Assembly (NCBI GenBank): GCA_050250895.1
Contig: JBFWNU010000004.1
Coordinates: 302,934-366,933, forward strand
From: Vulcanimicrobiota bacterium
Lineage (GTDB): Bacteria; Vulcanimicrobiota; Xenobia; Xenobiales; JADMJV01
DNA: 64,000 nt
Direction of reading: 5' to 3'
Shown here: in pieces, positions 1 to 9,676 of the stretch
Position numbering within the stretch: position 1 is the first letter of the stretch
Layout: every line of letters starts with the position of its first letter
Translations under genes and position numbers: made by a program
The notes under the pieces: generated by a model
What the model was told of the DNA's origin: nothing
What the model saw: the letters and a program-made list of their open reading frames with translations, nothing else
Database searches by the model: none

Positions 1-62
1 TACCGACGTAACCTTCACGAATCCGCAACAAATCTCGCCCAGACGCATAGCATGCTGTGGCC

Positions 63-476
63 ATGAGCCTTCACATCGTGCCCAAGACTTTCGATCCCAA
101 GGCCCACACCGGGGTGCCGGCGGGGCAGACTTATGACGGGACTCGGCTGGCCCAGCGGGCGGCCGTGCGGGTGGAGCACAAGGTCGACACCACCACGCTC
201 ACCCTGAGAGAACTCGACAACGGGGAACTCGATCTAGATCCGTCCCCGGGCGTGGTCAAGGTGGACACGAGGCTCAATTTCCAACCCATCAAGGCCGAGT
301 TGCGCTACGACCCCGGGAGTGGTCAGGCCAACGCTATGGACGCCGAATGGGGCGGCGACCACCTGCGCTTTCGCGACAACCCGCGCTTTCGTATCTATCA
401 GTGGGATGACGCCGGCCAGCACCGCAAGATCACCGAAGAGAAGGCGACCGGGACCCTGACCGTCTTTCAGGGTTGA
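63..476 (+). CDS. hypothetical protein
   Basis: ORF with GC-rich codon usage. ATG at 63 chosen over GTG at 57. No family recognised. Confidence 0.6.
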   Translation: MSLHIVPKTFDPKAHTGVPAGQTYDGTRLAQRAAVRVEHKVDTTTLTLRELDNGELDLDPSPGVVKVDTRLNFQPIKAELRYDPGSGQANAMDAEWGGDHLRFRDNPRFRIYQWDDAGQHRKITEEKATGTLTVFQG

Positions 477-555
477 AACTGCGACTGAATCCGGCCGTGA
501 GCCGGAAATGCTCGAAACTCTTGTCGAACCCGCCTCGGCGCGGTAACATCCTTAT

Positions 556-2442
556 ATGCAGATTCGACCTGGCGTGGGGCTACCAGTTCAACGGGCCGCG
601 ATGCCCGCTCCCCCGCCCAGCCTGGGCAATCATCCGCTAGGGGTCGATTCCAACCGCGCCCGACTGTTTGACGGGGCTGGTCGCAGCAAGCCTTTTCCCA
701 CCGACGGCTCGGTCTTTGCCATCGGTCGCGAAGACAGCTGTGCCGTGGTCATCGAGCACGAAAGGGTCAGCCGCCAACACGCCTACGGATGCTGGCAAAA
801 CGGACAGCTTTGGATCCGTGATAACAGCACCAACGGCACCAGCATCGACGGCGAGCGCATTCCCAAGGGGGAATGGAAAGCCATGCCTGAAGGGGCCAGC
901 CTCGATTTCGCCGGCATGGCCCAGGTGCGACTCGGGGTGGCCGGGTCCCACACCGTTCAGGCTCGCCTCGACCAGCTTCTACCCTCGCTGCCCGACCAGC
1001 ACCTGCGCCTGGCCGATGGCCGGGTGCTCGAGTTGCCCCTCGACGGCTCGCCTATGTCCGTGGGGCGGGATCCCAGATCCGACGTCCACCTGCCCTCGTC
1101 GCGAACCAGTTCCAAACACGCTCAGTTGCGCTGGCACCAGGGCAGCCTCGAAGTGTTAGACTCGGGTTCGACCAACGGCACCACGATCAACGGCCAGCCT
1201 ATCCCCAGGGATATCTGGGTCAAAGTCGGCTCGGGCAGCCGGCTCGGTTTCGGGCCTTCCGAGCGCTCGGCGGTGACGGTCGAGTCCAAGAACGCTCCTC
1301 TGCTGGTTACCTTCTTTGGCGACGGCTCGGTGCCCGATATCGGGGGCCAGGTCAAAGCTCAGCCGCGTCGCTTCGAAAGGGCTTTTGCCAACCATCGCGC
1401 TCCGGCCATGTTGCGAGGAGCCATAGCCCAGGGCAATCTGCTCAAAGACCTGGGCATGACCAGCCTCCCGCTGATGTTTGGCGCCTCGGCCGTGGCCGGA
1501 TTGGCGGCCATCGGGGCGGCCGGGGCAGGTCTTTTGGCCGGCTCGGTAGCGCTCGCCCCGTTGGGAGTGTGCGGCCTGGCTCTGGCCGCCGCTGGCGGTT
1601 TCGGAGCAAAAATGACTCGCCACTTCCTGGGCGCCGGAGTTGCCGCTATCAAAGACAAGCTCAAGCCGCAGCCCCATGTCGGAACCTGGCAGAACGTGCA
1701 GCACCACCTGATTTCAGCCGGCCCGAGTTCGAGCCAGTTCAACCGCCTCTGGCAAGAGAACATCCAGGCCTATCCCCAGGCGCGCCATGTGGTCTTCATC
1801 TCGGGCCACGGCAATCAATCCGGCGCCGCCGGTCTGAAGTTTTCCGAAGTCGGGGCCACCGTCCGAGGCGCCGAAGCCATCTTCCTCGACAGCTGCAACG
1901 GGGCCCAACTCGAGTCCTTGACCAAACTGGCGGACTCGGCCAGAGTGGCGGTCGCCTCTGAGCATCCCGTGCGTGGCTATGGCTTTCCCCTCGACGCCAT
2001 GTTTGGCCGCTCTCAATTTCCCTCAAACCCCCGGGACCTGGGGGCGGCGCTGGTCCAGTCGGCCCATCAGAGCATGCCAGCCGAGTCGCTGGTGGCGGTC
2101 GATCTGCATGTCATGAAGGAGCAGCTGATGCCGGCTCTCGACGGCCTGGGTCAGAGCCTCCTGGCGCTGCGTAAAGCCGGCCACGGTAAAGCCATCCGCC
2201 AGGCCCTCAAAGAGAGCCTGATGCCCCAAAAGGGTTTCATGGGCAAAAGCATCGACCTGGGCAGTTTCCTTGCCAACTTGAGCAAGCATCCTCAGTTGCG
2301 ATCTCAGGAACTGGTGGCCTCGCTGACGGCCTTCGACCGCACCGTTCTGACCGCCGTCGGCCACGGAACCATCTCCTTTGATCCCAAGCCCGGCCACGAC
2401 ATGCCACCGAACTGGCGTAAGATGCTGGCCAAACTGGCCTAA
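556..2442 (+). CDS. tandem FHA domain protein with hydrophobic segment and C-terminal clostripain-like (C11) cysteine peptidase domain
   Basis: Two FHA motif sets (IGR...VSRQHA...STNGT; VGR...SSKHA...STNGT). C-terminal FISGHG, IFLDSC, VASEHPVRGYGFP and SLVAVDL follow the clostripain His/Cys pattern. Confidence 0.8.
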   Translation: MQIRPGVGLPVQRAAMPAPPPSLGNHPLGVDSNRARLFDGAGRSKPFPTDGSVFAIGREDSCAVVIEHERVSRQHAYGCWQNGQLWIRDNSTNGTSIDGERIPKGEWKAMPEGASLDFAGMAQVRLGVAGSHTVQARLDQLLPSLPDQHLRLADGRVLELPLDGSPMSVGRDPRSDVHLPSSRTSSKHAQLRWHQGSLEVLDSGSTNGTTINGQPIPRDIWVKVGSGSRLGFGPSERSAVTVESKNAPLLVTFFGDGSVPDIGGQVKAQPRRFERAFANHRAPAMLRGAIAQGNLLKDLGMTSLPLMFGASAVAGLAAIGAAGAGLLAGSVALAPLGVCGLALAAAGGFGAKMTRHFLGAGVAAIKDKLKPQPHVGTWQNVQHHLISAGPSSSQFNRLWQENIQAYPQARHVVFISGHGNQSGAAGLKFSEVGATVRGAEAIFLDSCNGAQLESLTKLADSARVAVASEHPVRGYGFPLDAMFGRSQFPSNPRDLGAALVQSAHQSMPAESLVAVDLHVMKEQLMPALDGLGQSLLALRKAGHGKAIRQALKESLMPQKGFMGKSIDLGSFLANLSKHPQLRSQELVASLTAFDRTVLTAVGHGTISFDPKPGHDMPPNWRKMLAKLA

Positions 2443-3092
2443 CTCACCTGCTGCAGGGCGCCCCGATCCACCAGGCGCTTGATTTCAAGATTGTGCAGAT
2501 GGACCACCAGGTCTTCCAGGCCGTCGGGCGGCACCCGGGCGGGCTGGACCCCGGCCTCCTTGAGATGTTTCTGGTGCTCGCCCACCAGTTGGGCCAGGGG
2601 CAGATTCGGGTGATAGCGCACGCGGAAGTCCTCGGGGGGGTCAAAGCGCGGCGTCTCGCTGGTGGTGATGACCACCGTCTTTCCGTCGTCGCTGGTGGCC
2701 ATGAACCTGAAGACCCGCTCGCGCTCGACCCGAGCTGGAGGCTTGCCGGTCACGGTTGCGCGAATCTCGAGAAAACCTTCACGCCGCCCTTTCACCGTGG
2801 CTACCGAGATCGACTTGCTGGGCCCCTGCTGGGGGATAGTGTAAAAGAACTCGGGCTCGTAGCCTTCGCGAAGAGCAGCCTTCAGGCTCCGCTGCAGTTG
2901 CATCTGGAATTCTACGGGCAACTCTTGCTCGGGAAACTTCTGAATGCGCTCCATGCTCCCCAGGCGATAGCCGGTGTCGACCCCCTGCTTTCGCAACTTG
3001 CCGAACAGGGCGCGAAAGAAAAGCCCGCCTGGATAGAGCCGCCAAAGTTCTAGAGGACTCAGATTGACCGTGTTGATCCGATAGTAAGGCAT
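2439..3092 (-). CDS. hypothetical protein
   Basis: 217-aa ORF, G-rich SD-like run upstream, converges on the previous gene with a 4-bp overlap. Confidence 0.7.
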   Translation of the reverse strand: MPYYRINTVNLSPLELWRLYPGGLFFRALFGKLRKQGVDTGYRLGSMERIQKFPEQELPVEFQMQLQRSLKAALREGYEPEFFYTIPQQGPSKSISVATVKGRREGFLEIRATVTGKPPARVERERVFRFMATSDDGKTVVITTSETPRFDPPEDFRVRYHPNLPLAQLVGEHQKHLKEAGVQPARVPPDGLEDLVVHLHNLEIKRLVDRGALQQVS

Positions 3093-3164
3093 AAAACCCC
3101 CGTGTGTGACAGGGTTTTAGGCGAGCAGAGGGGCCTTCCTTCCTGAAAACGAAGTAACCACACG

Positions 3165-3485
3165 GTGAAGAGTCGCCTGCGAAAGTGCCTGTCCGTCTTT
3201 CTGCTTAGCCTCGCCTTTCTAGGTTATTGCGTGGATGTTCAATGCCTGTTGGCTGGCGATCTCTGCCAGCAGACCTGCCCGGACGAGTCGACCGACGCCT
3301 GTTCTCAGCCACTGGTCAGGTTGGTCAGCTGCAAGCCGGCGCTGGCCGTGCTCGGCCCCCTCATCAGCCACCGCCCCTCGCAGCCGGCGGCTTTAGTAAC
3401 CTGGGCCGGTCCGGCCGAGCCGCCGACGGCAACCAGCCCAAATCCGCGGGCCCGCCAGAACTGCCATCGCGGTCCTCCCGCCTGA
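3165..3485 (+). CDS. small exported Cys-containing protein ending in RGPPA (DUF2946/CutF-like, possible ribosome arrest peptide)
   Basis: N-terminal hydrophobic segment, CQQTC motif, Pro-rich linker, C-terminal HRGPPA. Confidence 0.6.
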   Translation: MKSRLRKCLSVFLLSLAFLGYCVDVQCLLAGDLCQQTCPDESTDACSQPLVRLVSCKPALAVLGPLISHRPSQPAALVTWAGPAEPPTATSPNPRARQNCHRGPPA

Positions 3486-3535
3486 CGCGCTGCTTTATCC
3501 CCCGCTACGGCCGTTCACGAAAGGAGGCTCACTCC

Positions 3536-4060
3536 GTGAACTGGGATTGTGCGCGTCGTTTGGGAGAGCATCTGCTCGACTCTTGCCCGACGACCACCCG
3601 ACAATGGCTTGAGGAATTTCTTTGTGCCGATGATTTGCGAACGCTTGAACGGGCCAGATTGATTCGCCTGTTCTACGGCTGTGCCAACACCCGGTTGTTA
3701 CCAAATCTGCTCTGGCAGACCTGGTTGCTGGTTCAGGTGGGAGCCCTGTCGGCCCCGGCGGACCTCAACGACTTGTGGACGCGCCAGGTCCGGCCTTTCT
3801 ATGTTCGCAACGGCTTCGGATTTCGGCTCGACAACCTGCCCGATAGGGCGGCCAGTATTCTCGGCATCCCTGCCAACGAACTGTTTCCGACCGAGACGCA
3901 ACTGGCCACCCAGATGCTAGAGTGGCTGCTCGAATTCCGCCAGCAGGGACTGCTGAGTAGCTTCTGCCTGTTTCGTCCGCCGGGCCAACGACTGGTCGAC
4001 GAGGCTCGCCTGCTGGTGTTGCTGCATAGCCAGCAGATGGCCGACCATAACCGGGGCTGA
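3536..4060 (+). CDS. hypothetical protein
   Basis: GTG at 3536 preceded by a strong SD (AAAGGAGG). It is the 3' part of the 277-aa ORF. Confidence 0.55.
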   Translation: MNWDCARRLGEHLLDSCPTTTRQWLEEFLCADDLRTLERARLIRLFYGCANTRLLPNLLWQTWLLVQVGALSAPADLNDLWTRQVRPFYVRNGFGFRLDNLPDRAASILGIPANELFPTETQLATQMLEWLLEFRQQGLLSSFCLFRPPGQRLVDEARLLVLLHSQQMADHNRG

Positions 4061-4098
4061 GCGCAGGCCGGCAACCGTCGTAGCGAGAAAGTGGCCCG

Positions 4099-4992
4099 AT
4101 GGTTCTTGCGTTCGTGCACCCGCGAGCCGAAAACCGGCCAGGCTGGCTGGCGCTGCAGCAGTCACTGGCCGAGCACGGGGTCGAGGTGATCTGCCATCTC
4201 AGCCGCTGGGCCGGCCATACCCGCGAGTTGGCGCGAGAGCACCTGCCGCTGAAGGGCATCGCCCTGGCGGTGGGGGGCGACGGGACCTTTCACGAGCTGG
4301 TCAACGGCTGGCTCGATCAGGAAGCTCCCGGCCGGCCGCGCTTTCTGCCCATTCCCCATGGCACGGGCAACGATTTCATCCGGTCGGTCTGGCCCGGTCG
4401 CGAAGAGCAGTTGGTGAAAGCCATCGTCGAGCCCCGCGAGCGCGACTTCGACCTGGGAAAAATCACCTATCAAACTCCCCAGGGGCGGCGGTCCCGCTAC
4501 TTCCTGGTGGGTGCCACGGTGGGCTTCTCGGCCTCGGTGACCGAGTTCATGGGCAAGTTGCCCCGCATTCTGCCGGGCACCCCCCTCTATCTCTTCTCGC
4601 TGGTGGTCAGCTTGCTGACCTGGGTCAACCGCCGGGCTCGCTTCTCGGTGGACAGCCACGAGATCGAAAGCCACCGGTTCTTTAACCTGAACGTGGCCAA
4701 TGTGCGCCACTATGGCGGGGGTATGGTCTCGGCCCCGGCGGCGGTGGCCGACGACGGGCAACTCGACCCGGTCTTGATGGAACTCACGAAACTGGGCGTC
4801 ATCCGGGCCATGCCCGAGAATTATCGAGGTCGCTTCGAGCGCGTCTCGGGCGTGCGCCAGTTTCGCTGCAGCCGACTGGCTCTCGAGAGCCCTTTTCGCT
4901 TGCCGGTTCAAGCCGACGGCGAGTTTCTTGGCAGCACACCCATCGAGGTCGAGATTCTGCCCGGGGCTCTACCAGGACTCGAAGTGCCTTAG
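4099..4992 (+). CDS. diacylglycerol/lipid kinase family protein (YegS/BmrU-like)
   Basis: GGDGTFHE, GTGNDF, YGGG and QADGE motifs. Confidence 0.9.
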   Translation: MVLAFVHPRAENRPGWLALQQSLAEHGVEVICHLSRWAGHTRELAREHLPLKGIALAVGGDGTFHELVNGWLDQEAPGRPRFLPIPHGTGNDFIRSVWPGREEQLVKAIVEPRERDFDLGKITYQTPQGRRSRYFLVGATVGFSASVTEFMGKLPRILPGTPLYLFSLVVSLLTWVNRRARFSVDSHEIESHRFFNLNVANVRHYGGGMVSAPAAVADDGQLDPVLMELTKLGVIRAMPENYRGRFERVSGVRQFRCSRLALESPFRLPVQADGEFLGSTPIEVEILPGALPGLEVP

Positions 4993-6161
4993 CCGGGTCG
5001 AAAGCGCCAGGCCAGCCACCACAGGACAGCCAGCGGCACCAGCCAGAAAAGGTGAAAGCCCCAGCGCCAGTGGGGCCCGACCAGCTCGGGCCAATCCTCC
5101 GAGACAGGAGGATGGTCAGTCCATGACACGGCCGTGCGACTCCAAATCAAAAGGGCGTCGGCCACCGGCATGACGCCGAAGAGATAGCGCCCCCGCCCGG
5201 CCACTCCGAAGGTGTCGATGAGTTGCCCCAGGCAGCGTTCGGTTGGTCGATCCCCGTAGAGTCGGGCCGGCCCCGGTCCCACTCCGGTCGAGGAGAAGGA
5301 GAAGCCGAAGACCAGCGGGCCCGAATCGACATCCCCTGGCCCGTGCTGCCCGATGGGATATTCACGCACGCCGGGCAGGCCCAGGCGGGTGGTCAGGTAG
5401 CGCTGGCGAAAACGGCGGTAGTGCTCCCCGCCCGCCTCGGGGTCGATGTCGTGAAGAAAACGCAGGATCATCACCTGGGAAGTGCCTCGCGGCGGGGCCA
5501 CCGCGGGCTTGACCTGGTGCGGCAAGAGGCCTTCGATGGTCTGTTGGTGGATGGCCTCGAGCCAGGACGCGATGGTGGTCTGGTAGCGGGGAGGATAGAG
5601 ATGATCGTGGAGAGCCAGGCTGGCCACGGCCACGGTGCTGTCGCAGGGCCAGGCCTGGCCAGGATAGGCTTCGAGAAAGGGAGCGCCAGCGAAGGCCTCG
5701 GCCAGCGCCTGACAATCGGTATCGAATCTCGCTTTCTCGGGCCCGCCCCGGTCAAGCTTGAGAATGCCTCCCCGTAGCCAGTTGCTCCAGCCCACATAGA
5801 AAACCCCATAGGGAGGGTTCTGCTCGGGTGCAAAGGCCTGGCGGCCCTGGTCAGACTCGAGGCGCTCGAGCGCCCAGCGCGCTTCGGCCAGAGCCCGCGC
5901 CTCGAATTCGGGGTGGGCCACGGCCAAATCCACCCAGCTGGCCCCATAGAGGCAATAGCAGAAGAAATAGCCCTCGGGAAAGAGCTGCTGCATGCGCTCG
6001 CCAGCGCCAGCTTCGAGTTGCCCTCGGAGATGGTCGAGATAGGGCACGATGGCCTCAGGTGACGAGCTGGGGTCACGATAGAGCCTCGCGTTGAGCGCCA
6101 GCCCAGCCAGACTGGCCAGAGCCAGCGCCAGCACGGCTGTACCCCAGATTGCCCGCTTCAT
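4989..6161 (-). CDS. membrane-anchored alpha/alpha-barrel protein, linalool dehydratase/isomerase-like family
   Basis: Hydrophobic segments at both ends. LFPEGYFF, EAYPGQAWPCD and GVREYP..G.GDVDSGP motifs. Confidence 0.6.
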   Translation of the reverse strand: MKRAIWGTAVLALALASLAGLALNARLYRDPSSSPEAIVPYLDHLRGQLEAGAGERMQQLFPEGYFFCYCLYGASWVDLAVAHPEFEARALAEARWALERLESDQGRQAFAPEQNPPYGVFYVGWSNWLRGGILKLDRGGPEKARFDTDCQALAEAFAGAPFLEAYPGQAWPCDSTVAVASLALHDHLYPPRYQTTIASWLEAIHQQTIEGLLPHQVKPAVAPPRGTSQVMILRFLHDIDPEAGGEHYRRFRQRYLTTRLGLPGVREYPIGQHGPGDVDSGPLVFGFSFSSTGVGPGPARLYGDRPTERCLGQLIDTFGVAGRGRYLFGVMPVADALLIWSRTAVSWTDHPPVSEDWPELVGPHWRWGFHLFWLVPLAVLWWLAWRFRPG

Positions 6162-6218
6162 TGCAGAAGTTTACAACTTTCCAAACCTTGTTCCAATCTG
6201 GCCAGCTATGCTTAGGGC

Positions 6219-6587
6219 ATGCAGGTCACGTCATTCAAGCCACACGCCACCTTTACCCCTTCTACTCCTCGCCAGGCTCAGCCGCAGCCGCCCGAGGATG
6301 AACTGACCACCGCCAACCTGGTGGGCGGAGCGCTGGGCGCCACCGGCCTCGGACTGGGGCTCGGCTACGTCGGACTTGAACTCGGAATGCGCGCCGGAAT
6401 GGAGTACGGTATCTCCTTGTGGGGTCCTCACCCGCTGGCCCAGGTCTTCGGTATCTTCACCACGGGACTGGCCTACGGCGTGCTTTTCGCGTCGGCTGGA
6501 GCCGCCGCTGGCGTAGCCGTCGGCGGCACCGCCGGTGCCTGCCTTGGTTCGGCCATCGCCGACCACTTCAAGCCTTCCCAGCCTTAA
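6219..6587 (+). CDS. small glycine-zipper membrane protein
   Basis: Pro/Gln-rich N-terminus followed by GxxxG-rich hydrophobic helices. TATGCT lies 6 nt before the ATG. Confidence 0.7.
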   Translation: MQVTSFKPHATFTPSTPRQAQPQPPEDELTTANLVGGALGATGLGLGLGYVGLELGMRAGMEYGISLWGPHPLAQVFGIFTTGLAYGVLFASAGAAAGVAVGGTAGACLGSAIADHFKPSQP

Positions 6588-6681
6588 GCCCAGCTGACCC
6601 GGCCCACCCCGGCGGGCAGGAGTTTTCGGCCTTGAACAAAATTAGATCCTCTGTAGCATTTATTTCAAGGAGGATCCTATC

Positions 6682-6927
6682 TTGACACTCGTAGTTGACA
6701 CCCTCGGCGAACAGCTCAAGCGATATCTGCAGTCGATCGAATCGCTCGAGAACGAAAAGAGCGAGATCACGGGCGCCATCAAAGAGACCTTTGACGAAGC
6801 CAAGCGCGAGGGCATCGATGTCAAAGCTCTGCGCAGCCTGCTGAAAATGCGCAAGATGGACCGCCACGCCATCGAAGAGCAAGAGACCACCCTCTACAAT
6901 TACATGCAGGCGCTCGGCATGCGCTAG
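6682..6927 (+). CDS. gapR: GapR-like (DUF2312/UPF0335) DNA-binding protein
   Basis: QLKRYLQSIESLENEKSEI...EAKREGIDVKALRSLLKMRK...YMQALGM fits the family pattern. AAGGAGG SD. Confidence 0.85.
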   Translation: MTLVVDTLGEQLKRYLQSIESLENEKSEITGAIKETFDEAKREGIDVKALRSLLKMRKMDRHAIEEQETTLYNYMQALGMR

Positions 6928-8465
6928 CGCGATTGGAACATCGCTTCCATTTCGAGGATGGCTTCGGGACCGGTTGTCTGGCCGGCCACGTAGCCATCTT
7001 TGTCGATCAGCACCAGCACTGGCAGAGGCTGGTCCTCGATCCCGTAGAGAGTCTGAATCTTGGGCTCGCCCCAAAGCTGCCTGAAGTTCTTGGGTTTACT
7101 GAGTAGCAGCCGGTAGGCCGCCCGGGCCTGTTCGGGCTCGACGTGAATGGCCACTCCGGACACTTCTCCCAAACGGGTCAGCATGCCGCTGAACTCGTCG
7201 AGTTCGCTTGAGGCCTGGCTGTCGGAGGCGCTCCAGAACATCAGTAGGATGGGCTGGTCGTAGAGCAGGGTGCTGAGCCGAAAGATTTTGTTGTTGCGGT
7301 CTTTGAGCACGAAACCGGGGGCCGGTTGGCGGCCGTCGGCCTGGCCGACCCGGGCCTGCCGACTGGCAGTCAGTTGCCCGCCCACATTCTCGATGATGGT
7401 CACCTCGTCGGCGTCGAGTTCGGTTTCAAGTCGCGCTAGTCCGACTTCGACCCTGACTTTACCCGCTTTCACAAAGGCGGCGGCCGGGACCGGGCCGAGG
7501 GCTTCACCGTTACAAAACGCATTGTCGCCGGGCTGGCCGAAAGTCCCGATCAGGGCTCGGGGGTCCTTGCTCAGGGCCAGAGCCAACTCTTCTTCGGCCT
7601 CTTGAGACCGGCCCAGAGCCCGATAAGCGGCCCACAGCGAGGCGTGGATCGAGGCGTAGTCGGGTCGGGCGTTGCGCGCGGCCACCAGCGCTTCGACCGC
7701 CAGGTCCAGGTTGCCCAAACGCCGCAACACGCGAGACTCGTTTAAATAGAGGTCGACATAGGGCGACGAGCCACCGCTGAGCGCCTTGCGATACTGGGCC
7801 AGGGCCAGTTCGTCCTTGTCGAGTTCTTCGAGCAAGAGCCCGTAATAGTTGCGAAAGATCGGCTCGTCGGGAACCTTCTTCAGGGCTTCTTGATAGGCTA
7901 CCCCGGCCGCCTGGCTCTGACCTCGCTTCTGCTCGTCGAAGGCCTCGAGGAAGCGCCCGACCGCCGAGCCCGGAGTGCGGCGGGCCGCCTCGCGCCAGGC
8001 CTGCATGCCGCCCTTCTCATCACCCCGGAAGAAGAGGACTTTGCCCCGATAGTAGTAGATGGCGCCCAGCTGAGGGTGCCAATAGTAATTGCTGATGATC
8101 TCGTCGAGCATGTGGAGAGCCTCGGTGAACTCGAGTTTAGCGGTGCGTTCGGTGGCTCTCTTACCGGCCGCCAGGATCAAGTTGTGCTGAGCTTCACCGT
8201 TGTTTCGGTTATAGCGCAAAGCCTCTCGAAATTCGTACAGGGCTCGTTCGGTTCGATCGCTCTGAAAGCAAGCAAAGCCGAGCAGGTTGTGGGCTTCGGA
8301 CGAATCGGGATACTCGCGCGCTAGCCTTTCGAAGCCGGCGATGGCCGCCTTGTAGTCTTTGGCAGCCAGAGCCTTGTCGCCAGCCTGCTTGAGCGACGCG
8401 TAAGAGGGCTTGGCCAGCGCCGGGACGGTGGCTAACCAGAGAATGAATAGAAGTCTCCAGACCAT
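6924..8465 (-). CDS. exported tetratricopeptide repeat protein with C-terminal redoxin-like domain
   Basis: Signal peptide, several TPR-like repeats, then APGFVLKD...LLMFW...PVLVLIDKDG (thioredoxin fold without CxxC). Confidence 0.8.
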   Translation of the reverse strand: MVWRLLFILWLATVPALAKPSYASLKQAGDKALAAKDYKAAIAGFERLAREYPDSSEAHNLLGFACFQSDRTERALYEFREALRYNRNNGEAQHNLILAAGKRATERTAKLEFTEALHMLDEIISNYYWHPQLGAIYYYRGKVLFFRGDEKGGMQAWREAARRTPGSAVGRFLEAFDEQKRGQSQAAGVAYQEALKKVPDEPIFRNYYGLLLEELDKDELALAQYRKALSGGSSPYVDLYLNESRVLRRLGNLDLAVEALVAARNARPDYASIHASLWAAYRALGRSQEAEEELALALSKDPRALIGTFGQPGDNAFCNGEALGPVPAAAFVKAGKVRVEVGLARLETELDADEVTIIENVGGQLTASRQARVGQADGRQPAPGFVLKDRNNKIFRLSTLLYDQPILLMFWSASDSQASSELDEFSGMLTRLGEVSGVAIHVEPEQARAAYRLLLSKPKNFRQLWGEPKIQTLYGIEDQPLPVLVLIDKDGYVAGQTTGPEAILEMEAMFQSR

Positions 8466-8556
8466 GGTATGCAGGCATTCAAGAGGAGAAAAAAGGAACC
8501 TCCCGAGATGCCTCTCGGCACAAGGAGGTAAGGCTCGAGGCCAGAAGGTTCCTCAA

Positions 8557-9288
8557 GTGAAGGTCCTGCTCTTTCAGATTCGCGACGAGGGCGACCCGAT
8601 GCGCGCCCACGAAGAGCTCTGCTTCGAACGCAAGCTAGCTCAAGCTCCTCCGTTCGAGTTGGGTGTTTTCTGCCTCCTCAGCGACCCCTACCCTCCTCCC
8701 CTCGACGACTACGATGTCTTCATGGTAGGGGGTAGCGGCAGCTACGGTTGCGTGAACAACGTTCGTCCCTGGTTTGGGCGGACCGTCGAACTTTTTCGCC
8801 AGCTTGTCGAGCAAAAACGTCCGCTCTTTTGCTCTTGTTTCGGCCACCAGGCGCTGGCGGCTGCCCTCGGTGGCGAAGTCGTGACCGACCGCCAACGGTC
8901 CGAGTTAGGCACCTTCGAGATCGCCCTGACCGAGCAGGGCCAGAAGGACCCCCTCTTCGGCCAGTTGCCGCCGACCTTCACCGCACAGCTAGGTCACAAC
9001 GACCACGTGCAGCGCTTGCCTCGAGGGGCGGTGCTGCTGGCCAGCAGCGAGCGCAGTCCCATCCAGGCCTATCGACTGGACGGCTTGCCTGTCTACGCTA
9101 CCCAGTTCCATCCCGAAATGGACCATCTCGAGAACACCGAGCGGGCCGGCGGATATCTGCATGTATACGATGACGTACAGAAGACCCCAGAACGCATCGC
9201 TCAGGCCTTTCGCGAGAGCCCCGAGGCGATCAAGCTTATTCCTCGCTTTGTGCAGCTTGTGCGCGACAGAGCTCTTCCAGGTGTATGA
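8557..9288 (+). CDS. type 1 glutamine amidotransferase
   Basis: SCFGHQ nucleophile motif and TQFHPE. Start placed at GTG 8557. Confidence 0.9.
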   Translation: MKVLLFQIRDEGDPMRAHEELCFERKLAQAPPFELGVFCLLSDPYPPPLDDYDVFMVGGSGSYGCVNNVRPWFGRTVELFRQLVEQKRPLFCSCFGHQALAAALGGEVVTDRQRSELGTFEIALTEQGQKDPLFGQLPPTFTAQLGHNDHVQRLPRGAVLLASSERSPIQAYRLDGLPVYATQFHPEMDHLENTERAGGYLHVYDDVQKTPERIAQAFRESPEAIKLIPRFVQLVRDRALPGV

Positions 9289-9586
9289 GTAGCTGACCCA
9301 GGTTGCTTTCGAGGCCCGACAGGACCTCGCCAGCCCGGGATAGGTCACCCTGCTCGCCCATCGACTCGAGCTCGAGGGCGGCGGCGTTGGTGGTGGGAGA
9401 CTCGAAGTTGGCGATTGCCCCCTTCAACTTGTGGGCCTCGGACTTCAGGCGATGGGCATCGGCCTCGTCGATGGCCGAGGACAGGTCGGCCAGGTATTCA
9501 GGCAGGCGAGCTTTGAGACGGTCGACCAGGAGCATCAAGAGGCTGTAGTCACCCATCCGCTCCATCAATTTCTCTTCATCGACCAT
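9236..9586 (-). CDS. stand-alone Hpt (histidine phosphotransfer) domain protein
   Basis: AHKLKGAIANF...AALELE motif. Confidence 0.85.
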   Translation of the reverse strand: MVDEEKLMERMGDYSLLMLLVDRLKARLPEYLADLSSAIDEADAHRLKSEAHKLKGAIANFESPTTNAAALELESMGEQGDLSRAGEVLSGLESNLGQLLIHLEELCRAQAAQSEE

Positions 9587-9676
9587 GCAGGATGGTTCTT
9601 CCTGGGGCTGGCTGCAGCCTTTAAAGGATCGGGTCTATCTGGAGGTGCTCGGGCTGGCCGCCAGGAAGCGGAAGGA

